A stretch of 64,000 nucleotides of DNA. Origin: Rhodothermales bacterium. GTDB lineage: Bacteria; Bacteroidota; Rhodothermia; Rhodothermales; JANQRZ01. The DNA lies in contig CBDCCX010000006.1 in NCBI GenBank assembly GCA_965215165.1, forward strand, positions 622,959 through 686,958, written 5' to 3'. Position 1 is the first letter of the stretch. The number at the start of each line of letters is the position of its first letter. The notes beneath the pieces were generated by a model. It had not been told where the DNA came from, searched no databases, and saw only the letters and a list, made by a program, of their open reading frames with translations. A program made the translations under genes and the position numbers. Shown one piece after another: positions 18,609 to 28,492 of this stretch.

Positions 18609-19196
18609 CTACGACCGCGGCCACTGGTTGGCTCGCTCGCCCTGGGCCGCGAGCCGTGCCGTCTGCTCGACGCGCCTCGCCCTCGTCGTCTCGCGCTTCG
18701 CCGTGCTGATCCACTCCAAGATGCCGCGCTTCGCTGAGCGGGGAAAGGCTTCCCACTGCTCGGCCGCGCTGCCGTGCTCCTCGAACGCCGCCGCTAGGTC
18801 GTCCGGCACGACGAGGTTCTCGACGTCGTCGAGCGCGCTCCATGAGCCGTCGGCCCGGGCCGCGTCGATCTTGGCCTGTCCGGGCGGCGTCATCTTGCCG
18901 GCGGCGGTCATCCGGGCGATGCGCTCCTTGTTGGGGCGGCTCCACCCGCTGCCGGGCTTGCGCGGCGCGAAGTAGAGCATCGTCCGCTCGGCGTCGAGCG
19001 CGCGCGGCCGGCTGTCGATCCACCCGAAGCAGAGCGCCTCCTCGATGGCCTCGTTCTCGCTCACGGTCGGCGTGCCCGCCGCCTTCTTGTTGCGGACGAG
19101 CCAGACGCCGTCATCGCGGTCGTGGTGCGCTTCGAGCCAGGCGCGCCACTCAGCGCGGTCCAGTGGATAGGTCGAGTTTTCTGGCGGCTCGGACAC
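18609..19196 (-). CDS. YdeI/OmpD-associated family protein (DUF1801-like)
   Basis: 195 aa. The segments WRAWLEAHHDRDDGVWLV, EAIEEALCFGWIDS and FPRSAKRGILEWISTAKRETTRARRV fit the YdeI family pattern. Confidence 0.7.
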   Translation of the reverse strand: MSEPPENSTYPLDRAEWRAWLEAHHDRDDGVWLVRNKKAAGTPTVSENEAIEEALCFGWIDSRPRALDAERTMLYFAPRKPGSGWSRPNKERIARMTAAGKMTPPGQAKIDAARADGSWSALDDVENLVVPDDLAAAFEEHGSAAEQWEAFPRSAKRGILEWISTAKRETTRARRVEQTARLAAQGERANQWPRS

Positions 19197-19388
19197 GGGA
19201 ACGGTCCGCGAGACGGACGCTTTGACCAGGAGTGCGCTGACCAGACCGTTGGTGGCGAAGACACAGGGTGGCCTATCTACCGAGGTAGGCTCGTGACGCC
19301 CGTGCGTCTACCTGAATGGTGATCTGGTCGGTCTCCATGTGGCTGTACGAGTTAGCCCGGCAAAAACGATGCAACGCACGGTGGGGCG

Positions 19389-22300
19389 CTACGCCTGATC
19401 CGGCGCGTCGCCCGGCGGCTCCGGCACGGGCGGCGGCTCGACCGGCAACGACTTGGCGCGCGCCGGCTTCGCCGAAGCCTGCTTACCGTTCGTCGGCACC
19501 GATCCGCCACCGAGCGTGACGGTCACCTCGTGCGTCCCGCCGTCGTCCACGCTGGGGATGCGGGCGGCTCCGTTGACTACCTCACCATTGGCACCGTCAA
19601 CGGCCGTCACGCCAAGCTCGACGCCGTGGTTCTCGACGGTGAAGACGTAGGTCGTTTCGTCGCTCGGCAGGCGGTAGGACAGCTTGAAGCCGGGCCAGTC
19701 GGCGGGGATGCGGGGGTCGAGCCAGAGCGCGTCGGCCTCGACTCTCAGTCCGAGGATGGACTCGACGGCGACGCGGTAGGTCCAGCCCGCCGAGCCGGTG
19801 TACCACGTCCAGCCGCCGCGCCCCTCGTGCGGCGGGACGCTGTAGACGTCGGCGGCGATCGCGTACGGCTCAGTCTTGTAGTGGTCGGCCTTGGCCTGGG
19901 TGCGCGTGTGGTTGACAGGCGAGATCATTCGCAGCAGCTCGGTCGCCCGGCCGCCGCGACCCTGCTCGGCGAAGGCGCGGATCGCCCACAGCACGCCGTG
20001 GGTGTACTGCCCGCCGTTCTCGCGGACGCCCGGCAGATAGCCCTTGATGTAGCCCGGGTCGTGCTCGGTCTTGTCGAAGGGCGGCGTCAAGAGGCGGATG
20101 ATGCCGGCCTCTTCGTCCACCAAGTGCTCCTCGACGGACCGGAGCGCCTGCTCAGCGTGCTCGGGCGTCGCCACGCCCGAGATCACGGACCAGCCCTGGG
20201 CGATGGCGTCGATCCGGCACTCGTCGTTCTCGGTCGAGCCGAGCGGGAAGCCGTCGTCGTAGTAGGCCCGGCGGAACCAGGCTCCGTCCCACCCGGTGTC
20301 GTTGAGCGCGACCTCGAGGTCGGCGAGGTAGGCGGTGTAGCGCTCGGTGCGCTCGGTCTCGCCGCGCTGCTCGCAGAGCGGGATAAAGCGCTTGAGGATG
20401 TGGGCGAGGAAGAAGCCGAGCCAGACGCTCTCGCCCGTGCCCTCGTTGCCGACGCGGTTCATGCCGTCGTTCCAGTCGCCGGACCCCATCAGCGGGATGC
20501 CGTGCGCGCCCTTGGTGAGCGAGCGGTCGATGGTCCGCGCGGCGTGCTCGAAGACGGTGCCCGTCTCGTCGGCGACGCTCGGGGTGAGGAAGGCCTCGTC
20601 CTCGCCCTCTTCGAGCGGCCGCGCCGTCAGGAACGGCTCGACCTCGTCGAGCAGACTCCAGTCGCCGGTGGTCTTGAGGTAGAACGACACGGCGTAGGGG
20701 AGCCACAGCAGGTCGTCCGAGAAGCGGCTGCGGATGCCGGCTTCGGTGACGGGGTGCCACCAGTGGAGCACGTCGCCCTCGACGAACTGGTGGGCGGCGT
20801 TGCGGCGGATCTGAGCGCGTGTCAGGTCGGGCCGGGTGTAGACGAGCGCCGTCGAGTCCTGGAGCTGGTCGCGGTAGCCGAACGCGCCGCCGGACTGGTA
20901 GAACGCGCTCCGCCCCCAGAAGCGGCACGCGAGGTTCTGGTAGAGCAGCCAGCCGTTGGCGAGCACGTCGATCTCGGGCGCGGGCGTCTCGACGTGCGTA
21001 GCCGAGAGCAGCTCGCGCCAGAACGCCGTCACCTCGTCGAAGGCGGCCTGCACCTTGCCCGGCGTGTCGTAGCGCTTGACGACCTCGCGGGCGGCGTGCG
21101 AGTGCTCGGCCTGGCCGATGAGGAAGATCAGCTCGGCCGTCTCGCCGGGCGGGACCTCGACCGAGAGCTGGAACGCGGCGCACGGGTCGAGGCCCGCGCC
21201 GGTCTCGCCGCCGAGCGGCGCGTCGGTCGCGAGCGCGGCCGGGTGGACGGTGCTGCCGCCACGCCCGAGGAAGCTCGTCCGGTCGGCGGTGAAGCCCTCG
21301 AGCCTGCCCCCGTGCGCGGCGGCGAAGGCGACGCGCCGGGCGAAGGTGCCGTTGTAGTAGTTCCGGGCGAGGAGCGCGCCGGTCTCGTCGTCGTGGTGGG
21401 TGGTGACGTAGGGCACGTTCGGCGGGCGGCGGTCGCCGAGCACCCACTCGTGGTAACGGAAGACCGAGAGCCGGCGCGGCGCGTCGCCCGTATTCGTGAG
21501 CCGGAGCCGGGCGATCTTGACCGGGTCCTCGCGCGGGACGAAGAGGCAGACCTCCTGCTCAATGCCGTGGCTTCGGTGGTGGTAGGTCGTGTAGCCCCAG
21601 CCGTGGCGCGTCTCGTAGGGCGCACCGTCCGGCACCGGGCGCGGGGTCGGGCTCCAGAAGAGGCCTTCGTCTTCGTCGCGGAGGTAGAGCGCCTCGCCGG
21701 CCGGGTCGATGACCGGATCGTTGCTCCACGGGGTCAGCTTGTTCTGCTGCGAGTTGATCGACCACGTGTAGCCCTCGCCGCTCTCGGAGGCCGTGAAGCC
21801 GGCCGACTCGTTGGCGACGACGTTGATCCACGGCAGCGGCGTCCGGTCCAGCCCGCGCCCGGCGCTGCTGTGCTGGCGGATGACGTACTCGGTGCCGTCG
21901 GGCGTGAAGCCGCCGTAGCCGTTGAAGAACTGCAAGTCGCTGCCCCGTGTCTCGACGTCGTCTTTCTCGCTCGCCTCGCGCGCTGCCTCTTCGGCCCGCG
22001 GCGTGAGCGCCTGGTCGAGCGCGGGGTGGTAGACCCGAGCCGGCTGCCCGTCGCCTTCGGCACGCGGGCCGGTGACGAGCGCGGCGTCGACCTCCGGCTC
22101 GTCGTCTTTCAGCAGCGGCAGGCTGCCCTCGATCACGACGCGCGCGACCGTCAGGATGAGCGTCAGGTCCTCCTCGGCGAGCTGGTCCGTGCGGCGGACG
22201 AAGAGGCCGCCGCGCTGGTTCAGGAGGCCGCGTTGCGGCGAGGTCTGGATCGCCTGGAGGATCGCGTTCTGGAGCTCGCTGGCATACGAAGGCGGGTGGT

Positions 22301-25300
22301 CGTTGAGGATCACGAGGTCGGTCTCGAGCCCCTTGAGCCGCCAGTACTCGTGGGCCTTGAGCAGGAGCCGGAAGTGGGTCAGGTCCTCGGCCTTCGCGAT
22401 GCGGAAGACCAGCATCGGGAGGTCGCCCGAGATGCCGTGCGCCCAGAGGCCCGACTGCGGGCGGCGGTTGCGGAGCAAGATGTCCTCCCCCGCCCGGAGG
22501 TCGGAGCCGCCGTAGAGCAGGTACGACGCCAGGCGCTGGAAGTAGAGCGCCCGCTCGCCCGGCAGCCCGAGGTGCTTGAGCTCGACCAGCCCGTAGACCG
22601 AGGCCAGCTCGAAGGCGCGCTGCGAGGCGTTGGGGTGGTCGTAGCGCTCGGCGATGCGCTCGGCGTCCTCGCGCGTCTCGGCCGTGCCGAGCGAGAAGGT
22701 GACGGTCACGTTCTCCTTCGGCATCAGCACCACGATCCGGCGGAGCGACACGATCGGGTCGAGCACCGCGCCGTCGGTGCCCGAGAGCCGGGTGTCGGGG
22801 TCCATCGCCGCCGGGTGGTCGAGCGTGCGCCCGCGGCCGACGAACTTCATCCGGTCGGTCTCGAACTGAAGCTCCTCGAAGACCGGCCCGAGCGCCTTGT
22901 CGGCCACGGCGTGGACCAGCCACGGCCGGTGCTCGCCCTCCTTGCGCGGCCGGCGCGTGGCGATGATGGCGTTGTTCTTGGCCATGTACTCGGTCTCGAC
23001 GAAGAGCTTCGAGAAGGCGGGGTGCGCGGCGTCGGCGACGGGCGGGAAGAGGACCACCTCGGCGTAGCTCGTGATCTCGACGATGCGCGGGCGGTCGGAG
23101 TAGTTGGTCAGCGTCACGCGGCGGACCTCGACGTCGTCCTCGGGCGTGACCACGACCTCGGTGAAGGTCTCGATCCAGTCGTCGACGCGCGCCGTCTCGA
23201 CCTTGTTGGCGTGGAACCAGGTCTCGTAGCGGTCCGGCGGCTCGGCGGACTGCACGGGCTGCTGCCCGGCCGACCAGAAGCGGCCACTCTCGAGGTCGCG
23301 GATGTAGAGGAAGAAACCCTGCGCGTCGCGCGTGCGGTCCGGCTGCCAGCGCGTGACGCCCATGCCCTGCCGGTGGGAGTAGCCCGCGCCGGCGCTCGTG
23401 AGGTAGGTCGTGTAGCGCCCGTTCGAGAGCAGCATCCCGTGGGGCACCGCGTCGGTCAGGCTCTCCGGCCCGAGGTGCTCGACGTGCGCCGCGACGGGCT
23501 GCACCTCGACGGGCTCGACCTCGGTCTCGTCGAACGGGGCCGCGTCGATCTTCTCGACCACGCGCGGCACGCGCTCCTGGAGCAGCAGCTCGCCCGACTG
23601 CACGAACGGCTCGCGGTGGAAGCGGTCCTGCACGCGGTTCTCGAGGAGCACGTTCTGGAGCGCGAGCAGGCTCATCCCCTGGTGGTGCGCCATGTAGGCG
23701 CGGACGATCTCGTAGGCGTCGCCGTCGGCCTCGTCGTCGGAGCCGGCGACGCGGGCGGGCGTGAAGTCGATGGCTTCGTAGTAACCATACGGCGCGTAGG
23801 CTCCAAGCTTGTCGAGCTTCTGCAGGTTCGAGAGCGCGCGGTCGGGGCGGACCATGAGCGCGAGGACCGTCGCGTAGGGCGCGAGCACGTAGTCCTCGCC
23901 GAGGCCGCGCTTGAGGCCGAGCCACGGCACGCCGAAGGCGCGGTACTGGTACGTCAGGTGGAGGTCGAGCGTGTAGTAGGCGCTCTCGGAGATGCCCCAC
24001 GGGCGGCCCTTCGAGCGGCCGTAGGTGCGCTGGGTCGAGACGGCGTTGTAGAGCGTCTCGTCGAGCAGCGTCCGGGGGTAGCTCCGCATGAAGAGCAGCG
24101 GCATCAGGTACTCGAACATCGTCCCGCTCCACGAGAGCAGGGTCTTGCGCCCGCGCGTGCTCCGGGTCGGGCGGCTGAGGCGGAACCAGTGCTCGGGCGG
24201 CACCTCGCCCTTGCCGATGGCGAGGTACGAGGCGAGGCGGGCCTCGGAGGCGAGCAGGTCGTAGGTGCTGTCGTCGAACCGCCCGCGGTCCACGTCGAAG
24301 CCGATCGAGAAGAGGTCGCGGTCGGCGTTGTAGAGCATGGTGAAGTCCATGCCGCCGACGAGCGCGTCGGCGCGCGCGGCCAGGTCGCGCGCCGCGCCGA
24401 GGAGCGCCGCGAGGGCGTCGGACCCGGCCTGGAGGTGGGCGGCGTCGACGGCGCTGCTGCCGTCGCTCAGCAGCGCGCTCGTGCGGTCGAAGAGCACGCC
24501 GAGCGTCGTCGCGGTGTCGAGCGCCTCGGGCACGGGCCGCCGGTCGCCGAGCCACGGGGCGAGGGCGAGGAGCGCGTCGCGCGTGAGCCTAATCTGGGCG
24601 CGCGGTTGCCCGGCCCAGGCCTTGAGCTCGGCCACGTCCTCGTCGCGCCACGCGACTGGCGCGTCGAAGTCGGCGGCGGCGGCGAGGTCGGTCGCGGCCG
24701 CGAGGAGCGCGTCGAGGCGGTCGCGCCACTCGGTGAGCGCCGCGGGCGTGGGCCGGTCGAGCGCGGCCCCGATCCGCTCCATCGCGGCGGTGACGGCGTC
24801 GCGGTCGAAGCCGCCGGCCGGGACGCGGGCCAGGGTCTCGGCGAGGGCGAGCAGCGCGTCGCGCAGGCCGTCGAACGTCGCCGGGTTCGGCCACGGCGCG
24901 TTCGCCACCTCGACCAGTCCCTGCTTGACGACCACCAGCGAGCCGGCGAGGTTGCCCGAGTCGACCGTCGAGACGTAGCGCGGGTGCATCACCGCGCCGG
25001 TCTCGGTGGCGTACCAGTTGTAGAGGTGCCCCCGGTGCGTGTCGAGCGCCTCGATGCTGTCGAGCATCGCGCCGAGCCGGCGGACCTCCTCGCGGCGCGG
25101 CAGGTAGCCGAAGTCGTAGGCCGCCTGCACCGCGTTGAGGGCAAGGCCGATGTTGGTCGGCGAGGTGCGGTGGGCCAGCCCTTGGGCCGGCTTGACCTGG
25201 AGGTTGTCCGGGATCAGCCAGCGGTCGGCGTCGGTGAGGAACTCGTCGAAGTAGCGCCACGTCCGCCGCGCGAGCGCCCGCAGCCGCCGCGTGTCGTCGA

Positions 25301-28300
25301 AGGTGAGGCGGTAGCGCTCGGTCTCAGTCGGCGCGCTGACGGCCTTCGCCACCCACGGGGCCGCGATCCACGCGACGGCGAACGGGAGGGCGACCAGCCA
25401 CGCAATCGGCTCGGCGATCGAGATCAGCACGAGCGTCAGCACGCCGAGCGCGAGCGAGAGCCACAGCGAGCGCGGGATGTCCTTGGCCCCCTGCTCGGCC
25501 TGGTGGGCCGTCACCCACTCGAGCCGGTTCTTGCGGCTGACGAAGAGCCGCCACAGCGTCCGGGCGATGGCGTCGAGCATGACCACGGCCTGGTGCGCGA
25601 GGAAGACGACCGACAGGCCGGTCTGGAGCGCGTTCAGCTTGAGGTCCTCCCAGGCATGGCGGAAGTAGCTCGACGAGACGGTGTCGGCCGGCTGCCGCAG
25701 GAAGGCGTCGGCGAAGGGCGCGTAGATCGGGAAGGCGAGGACCAGCAGCGCGATGGCCGTCCAGACGAACGGCGAGCCGGGGAGCACCGTCCAGGCGAGG
25801 ACGAGGAAAACGACGAGCGCCGGCGGCGTGAGCGAGCGCCGCATATTGTCGAAGATCTTCCACCGCCCGGCGACAGACAGCGGGTTGCGCCGCCAGCGCC
25901 CGGCGGCGTCGCGGACCGCCGGCCAGAGCCACGGCAGGAGCTGCCAGTCGCCGCGCACCCAGCGGTGGAGGCGCATCGCGAAGGTGCTGTAGCGGCTCGG
26001 GTAGTCGTCGAACACCTCGATGTCGGTCACGAGCGCCGCCCGGGCGTGGTTGCCCTCCAGGAGGTCGTGCGACAGGACCGAGTTCTCGGGCACCGACCCG
26101 GCGAGCGTCTGCCGGAAGGCGTCGACGTCGTAGAGCCCCTTGCCGGTGTAGATGCCCTCGCCGAAGAGGTCCTGGTAGGCGTCCGACACGGCCGTCGTGT
26201 ACGGGTCGACGCCGATGTTGCCCGAGTAGATGCGCGAGAACGGCGACCGCAGGCTGCCCTCGGGGACGATCGAGACGCGGGGCTGCAGGATGCCGTAGCC
26301 CTCGGCCACGCGGCCGGTCTCGGCCGAGTAGCGCGGCACGTTGAGCGGGTGCGCGGCCGTGGCGATCAGGTCCACCGCCCCGTCGGGCGGGAGGCGGGTG
26401 TCGGCGTCGAGCGTGACGACATAGCGGACGGCGTGGCCCCGGACGGCGTCCTGGAAGTCGCCCTCGATGACGGTGTAGCTGGTCTCGGCGTCCGCCCCGT
26501 CGGACGGGGTGCGGAGCAGGTCGTTGAACTCTTCGAGCTTGCCGCGCTTGCGCTCCCAGCCCATCCACACGCCCTGACGCTCGTTCCACCGGCGCTCGCG
26601 GTGGAGCAGGAAGAAGCGGTCGTGCCCTGGCGCGCCGTCGCCCCCGGCCCGGCCCGTGCGGGCGTTGAGCGACCGGACGGCGCGGACGGCCGCCTCGACG
26701 ATGGCGTCGTCGCCCTCGACATGTTGCGCGTCGGCGTCGCGGAAGTCGGTCAGCAGCGCGAAGCGCAGCGCGGGGTCCGGGTTGGCGGCGGCATGGACCT
26801 CGAGGGCCTCGACCTGGGCGCGCGCGTTCTCCGCCGACGAGAGCAGCGTCGGGATGACGACGAACGTGCGGTTGGCGTCGGGCACGCCGTCGCTGAAGTC
26901 GAGCCGGGGAAGCTGCGACGGCGGCAGCAGCCTGGCGGTGCTGAAGTTGGCGAGCGTGACGGCGAAGTCGAGCAGCGGCAGAAAGGCCGCTGCAGCCGTG
27001 AGGGTGAGCAGGCCGGCCCGCGCCCCGGCCTCGTCGGCGAGCCACAGCACGCCGGCGAGCGCCAGGACGGTGACGACCGAGATGAAGCCGAGGTAGACCG
27101 CCGTCGGGTGGCGGTGGGCGAGGCGGACTAGCTGGTCCCGCACCGGCCCGTGGAAACCGACGGCCTTGCCGAGCGCCCGCTGCCCCGGCCCGACCAGCCA
27201 GTAGCCGACGTGCCCCTTCGGCTCCGGCTCTCCGGCTCGGTGCGCCTCGGCGGCGAGGGCGACGGCCCGGTCGGCCACGCCGAACTCGGTCTCGCCCGAG
27301 TGCCGCGCCAGGGTCTCGACGCGGTGGCGGTAGAGGTCGCGCGTGCCCTCGTCCATCGTCGGGTAGACGCCGTCGGGGTCGCCCCGGAGCGTGTCCTCGA
27401 CGGCCGAGAGGCCCTCGACGAAGTCGCTCCAGTCGGTCTCGCCGGCGTTGCGGAGCGAGAGGATGGCGTTCGCCATCGAGACCTGCCACTGCGTCTCGCG
27501 CTGCGTCACCACGCGCGCCACGTCCTCGAGCGTCACCCGCCGCGAGCGGAGGCGCTGCTCCAGCCACTCGAGCGCCGGGACCGCGCTCGGCCCCTGGGCC
27601 TGGAGGCGGCTGGCGAAGGTGGTGACGAACGGGCCCGAGAGCGGCGAGTGCTCCTTCGCCATCTCGGCCAGCGTGAAGACGACCTCCTCGGGGGCCGGCT
27701 GCTGCCCGATCTTGGCGGCCCACCGCGCCGCCGCCGTCCGCTGGGTGCGGGCCTCGAGGATCTGCACCGTCAGCGCCACGACCTTCTCGACCAGCACTAG
27801 GCGCAGCATGATCGGCAGCGCCCACAGCTCGGCCAGGGTCAGGAGGTCGACCTCCTGGTAGGCCGCGGTGAAGGTGGCGAGGTTGTCCTGGTCGAGCGTG
27901 TTGTCGGTGTAGCTGGCGAGGGTGTGGGCGAGCTCGAAGACGCGCGGCATCCCGGCGAACGGGCCGGTGCGGAGCTTGGGCAGCAGGCGGTAGTAGCTGC
28001 GCGGCAGGTTGTCGCCGATGTCGCGGACCTGGTCGCGGACGATGTGGAAGTTGTCGAGCAGCCACTCGGCGGCCGGCGTCACCACCTCGTCGCCGCCGGC
28101 TGCGGCGAGCGTCCGGTAGGCGTCGGTGAGGTCGCGGTAGGCGGTGCGGAGCAGGGGCCGCAGGGGCCGCGTGATGCGGCGCTCCTCGGCGACGGACTGC
28201 GTGCGGGCCAGCCGGCGCGCGTGCTCGGCGAGCTGCGCCGGCTTGAAGAGGTTGGCGACGGCGGGGCTGTCCGGCAGCGTCGTGTCCGTCGGGGTCGTGT

Positions 28301-28307
28301 CGTCCAT
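19389..28307 (-). CDS. cgs: Cyclic beta-1,2-glucan synthase (Cgs/NdvB/ChvB-type; GT84 + cyclase-like (alpha/alpha)6 + GH94-like domains)
   Basis: ATG at 28307 (aa 173 of ORF 19389..28823). 2972 aa. N-terminal cytoplasmic part plus TM pairs. GT domain with VVTLDADTRLPPD and HRWVRGDWQLLPW. Central TSPTNIGLAL region. C-terminal phosphorylase-like part with QFVEGDVLHWWHP and GSGDWNDGMN. Confidence 0.85.
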   Translation of the reverse strand: MDDTTPTDTTLPDSPAVANLFKPAQLAEHARRLARTQSVAEERRITRPLRPLLRTAYRDLTDAYRTLAAAGGDEVVTPAAEWLLDNFHIVRDQVRDIGDNLPRSYYRLLPKLRTGPFAGMPRVFELAHTLASYTDNTLDQDNLATFTAAYQEVDLLTLAELWALPIMLRLVLVEKVVALTVQILEARTQRTAAARWAAKIGQQPAPEEVVFTLAEMAKEHSPLSGPFVTTFASRLQAQGPSAVPALEWLEQRLRSRRVTLEDVARVVTQRETQWQVSMANAILSLRNAGETDWSDFVEGLSAVEDTLRGDPDGVYPTMDEGTRDLYRHRVETLARHSGETEFGVADRAVALAAEAHRAGEPEPKGHVGYWLVGPGQRALGKAVGFHGPVRDQLVRLAHRHPTAVYLGFISVVTVLALAGVLWLADEAGARAGLLTLTAAAAFLPLLDFAVTLANFSTARLLPPSQLPRLDFSDGVPDANRTFVVIPTLLSSAENARAQVEALEVHAAANPDPALRFALLTDFRDADAQHVEGDDAIVEAAVRAVRSLNARTGRAGGDGAPGHDRFFLLHRERRWNERQGVWMGWERKRGKLEEFNDLLRTPSDGADAETSYTVIEGDFQDAVRGHAVRYVVTLDADTRLPPDGAVDLIATAAHPLNVPRYSAETGRVAEGYGILQPRVSIVPEGSLRSPFSRIYSGNIGVDPYTTAVSDAYQDLFGEGIYTGKGLYDVDAFRQTLAGSVPENSVLSHDLLEGNHARAALVTDIEVFDDYPSRYSTFAMRLHRWVRGDWQLLPWLWPAVRDAAGRWRRNPLSVAGRWKIFDNMRRSLTPPALVVFLVLAWTVLPGSPFVWTAIALLVLAFPIYAPFADAFLRQPADTVSSSYFRHAWEDLKLNALQTGLSVVFLAHQAVVMLDAIARTLWRLFVSRKNRLEWVTAHQAEQGAKDIPRSLWLSLALGVLTLVLISIAEPIAWLVALPFAVAWIAAPWVAKAVSAPTETERYRLTFDDTRRLRALARRTWRYFDEFLTDADRWLIPDNLQVKPAQGLAHRTSPTNIGLALNAVQAAYDFGYLPRREEVRRLGAMLDSIEALDTHRGHLYNWYATETGAVMHPRYVSTVDSGNLAGSLVVVKQGLVEVANAPWPNPATFDGLRDALLALAETLARVPAGGFDRDAVTAAMERIGAALDRPTPAALTEWRDRLDALLAAATDLAAAADFDAPVAWRDEDVAELKAWAGQPRAQIRLTRDALLALAPWLGDRRPVPEALDTATTLGVLFDRTSALLSDGSSAVDAAHLQAGSDALAALLGAARDLAARADALVGGMDFTMLYNADRDLFSIGFDVDRGRFDDSTYDLLASEARLASYLAIGKGEVPPEHWFRLSRPTRSTRGRKTLLSWSGTMFEYLMPLLFMRSYPRTLLDETLYNAVSTQRTYGRSKGRPWGISESAYYTLDLHLTYQYRAFGVPWLGLKRGLGEDYVLAPYATVLALMVRPDRALSNLQKLDKLGAYAPYGYYEAIDFTPARVAGSDDEADGDAYEIVRAYMAHHQGMSLLALQNVLLENRVQDRFHREPFVQSGELLLQERVPRVVEKIDAAPFDETEVEPVEVQPVAAHVEHLGPESLTDAVPHGMLLSNGRYTTYLTSAGAGYSHRQGMGVTRWQPDRTRDAQGFFLYIRDLESGRFWSAGQQPVQSAEPPDRYETWFHANKVETARVDDWIETFTEVVVTPEDDVEVRRVTLTNYSDRPRIVEITSYAEVVLFPPVADAAHPAFSKLFVETEYMAKNNAIIATRRPRKEGEHRPWLVHAVADKALGPVFEELQFETDRMKFVGRGRTLDHPAAMDPDTRLSGTDGAVLDPIVSLRRIVVLMPKENVTVTFSLGTAETREDAERIAERYDHPNASQRAFELASVYGLVELKHLGLPGERALYFQRLASYLLYGGSDLRAGEDILLRNRRPQSGLWAHGISGDLPMLVFRIAKAEDLTHFRLLLKAHEYWRLKGLETDLVILNDHPPSYASELQNAILQAIQTSPQRGLLNQRGGLFVRRTDQLAEEDLTLILTVARVVIEGSLPLLKDDEPEVDAALVTGPRAEGDGQPARVYHPALDQALTPRAEEAAREASEKDDVETRGSDLQFFNGYGGFTPDGTEYVIRQHSSAGRGLDRTPLPWINVVANESAGFTASESGEGYTWSINSQQNKLTPWSNDPVIDPAGEALYLRDEDEGLFWSPTPRPVPDGAPYETRHGWGYTTYHHRSHGIEQEVCLFVPREDPVKIARLRLTNTGDAPRRLSVFRYHEWVLGDRRPPNVPYVTTHHDDETGALLARNYYNGTFARRVAFAAAHGGRLEGFTADRTSFLGRGGSTVHPAALATDAPLGGETGAGLDPCAAFQLSVEVPPGETAELIFLIGQAEHSHAAREVVKRYDTPGKVQAAFDEVTAFWRELLSATHVETPAPEIDVLANGWLLYQNLACRFWGRSAFYQSGGAFGYRDQLQDSTALVYTRPDLTRAQIRRNAAHQFVEGDVLHWWHPVTEAGIRSRFSDDLLWLPYAVSFYLKTTGDWSLLDEVEPFLTARPLEEGEDEAFLTPSVADETGTVFEHAARTIDRSLTKGAHGIPLMGSGDWNDGMNRVGNEGTGESVWLGFFLAHILKRFIPLCEQRGETERTERYTAYLADLEVALNDTGWDGAWFRRAYYDDGFPLGSTENDECRIDAIAQGWSVISGVATPEHAEQALRSVEEHLVDEEAGIIRLLTPPFDKTEHDPGYIKGYLPGVRENGGQYTHGVLWAIRAFAEQGRGGRATELLRMISPVNHTRTQAKADHYKTEPYAIAADVYSVPPHEGRGGWTWYTGSAGWTYRVAVESILGLRVEADALWLDPRIPADWPGFKLSYRLPSDETTYVFTVENHGVELGVTAVDGANGEVVNGAARIPSVDDGGTHEVTVTLGGGSVPTNGKQASAKPARAKSLPVEPPPVPEPPGDAPDQA

Positions 28308-28492
28308 CGGCGTGGGGTCGAGAGCGGAGTGCCGGAAGCTACGGCGGGGACGGGCGTCGTAGGGGAGAAGCCGCCGAGTTGGCCGGGCGCTAAAGGCGGC
28401 GCAGCTCGACACCGAAAAGGCCGGGCGTACCTTCTCGGCTGGGAGAGGGTTATCGCAACCTCGCGGGGAGGGCTTAACCGTAGCGGCGTCGC

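Noticed and set aside
19530-27131. A 2533-aa plus-strand ORF, plus several other long ORFs in the same region
   Set aside because: It is exactly antisense to the glucan synthase CDS. Its product is Arg/Gly/Ala/Val/Asp/Glu-rich low-complexity sequence with no recognisable domain. The minus-strand frame, in contrast, carries clear GT, (alpha/alpha)6 and GH94 motifs. This is a typical shadow ORF of very GC-rich DNA.
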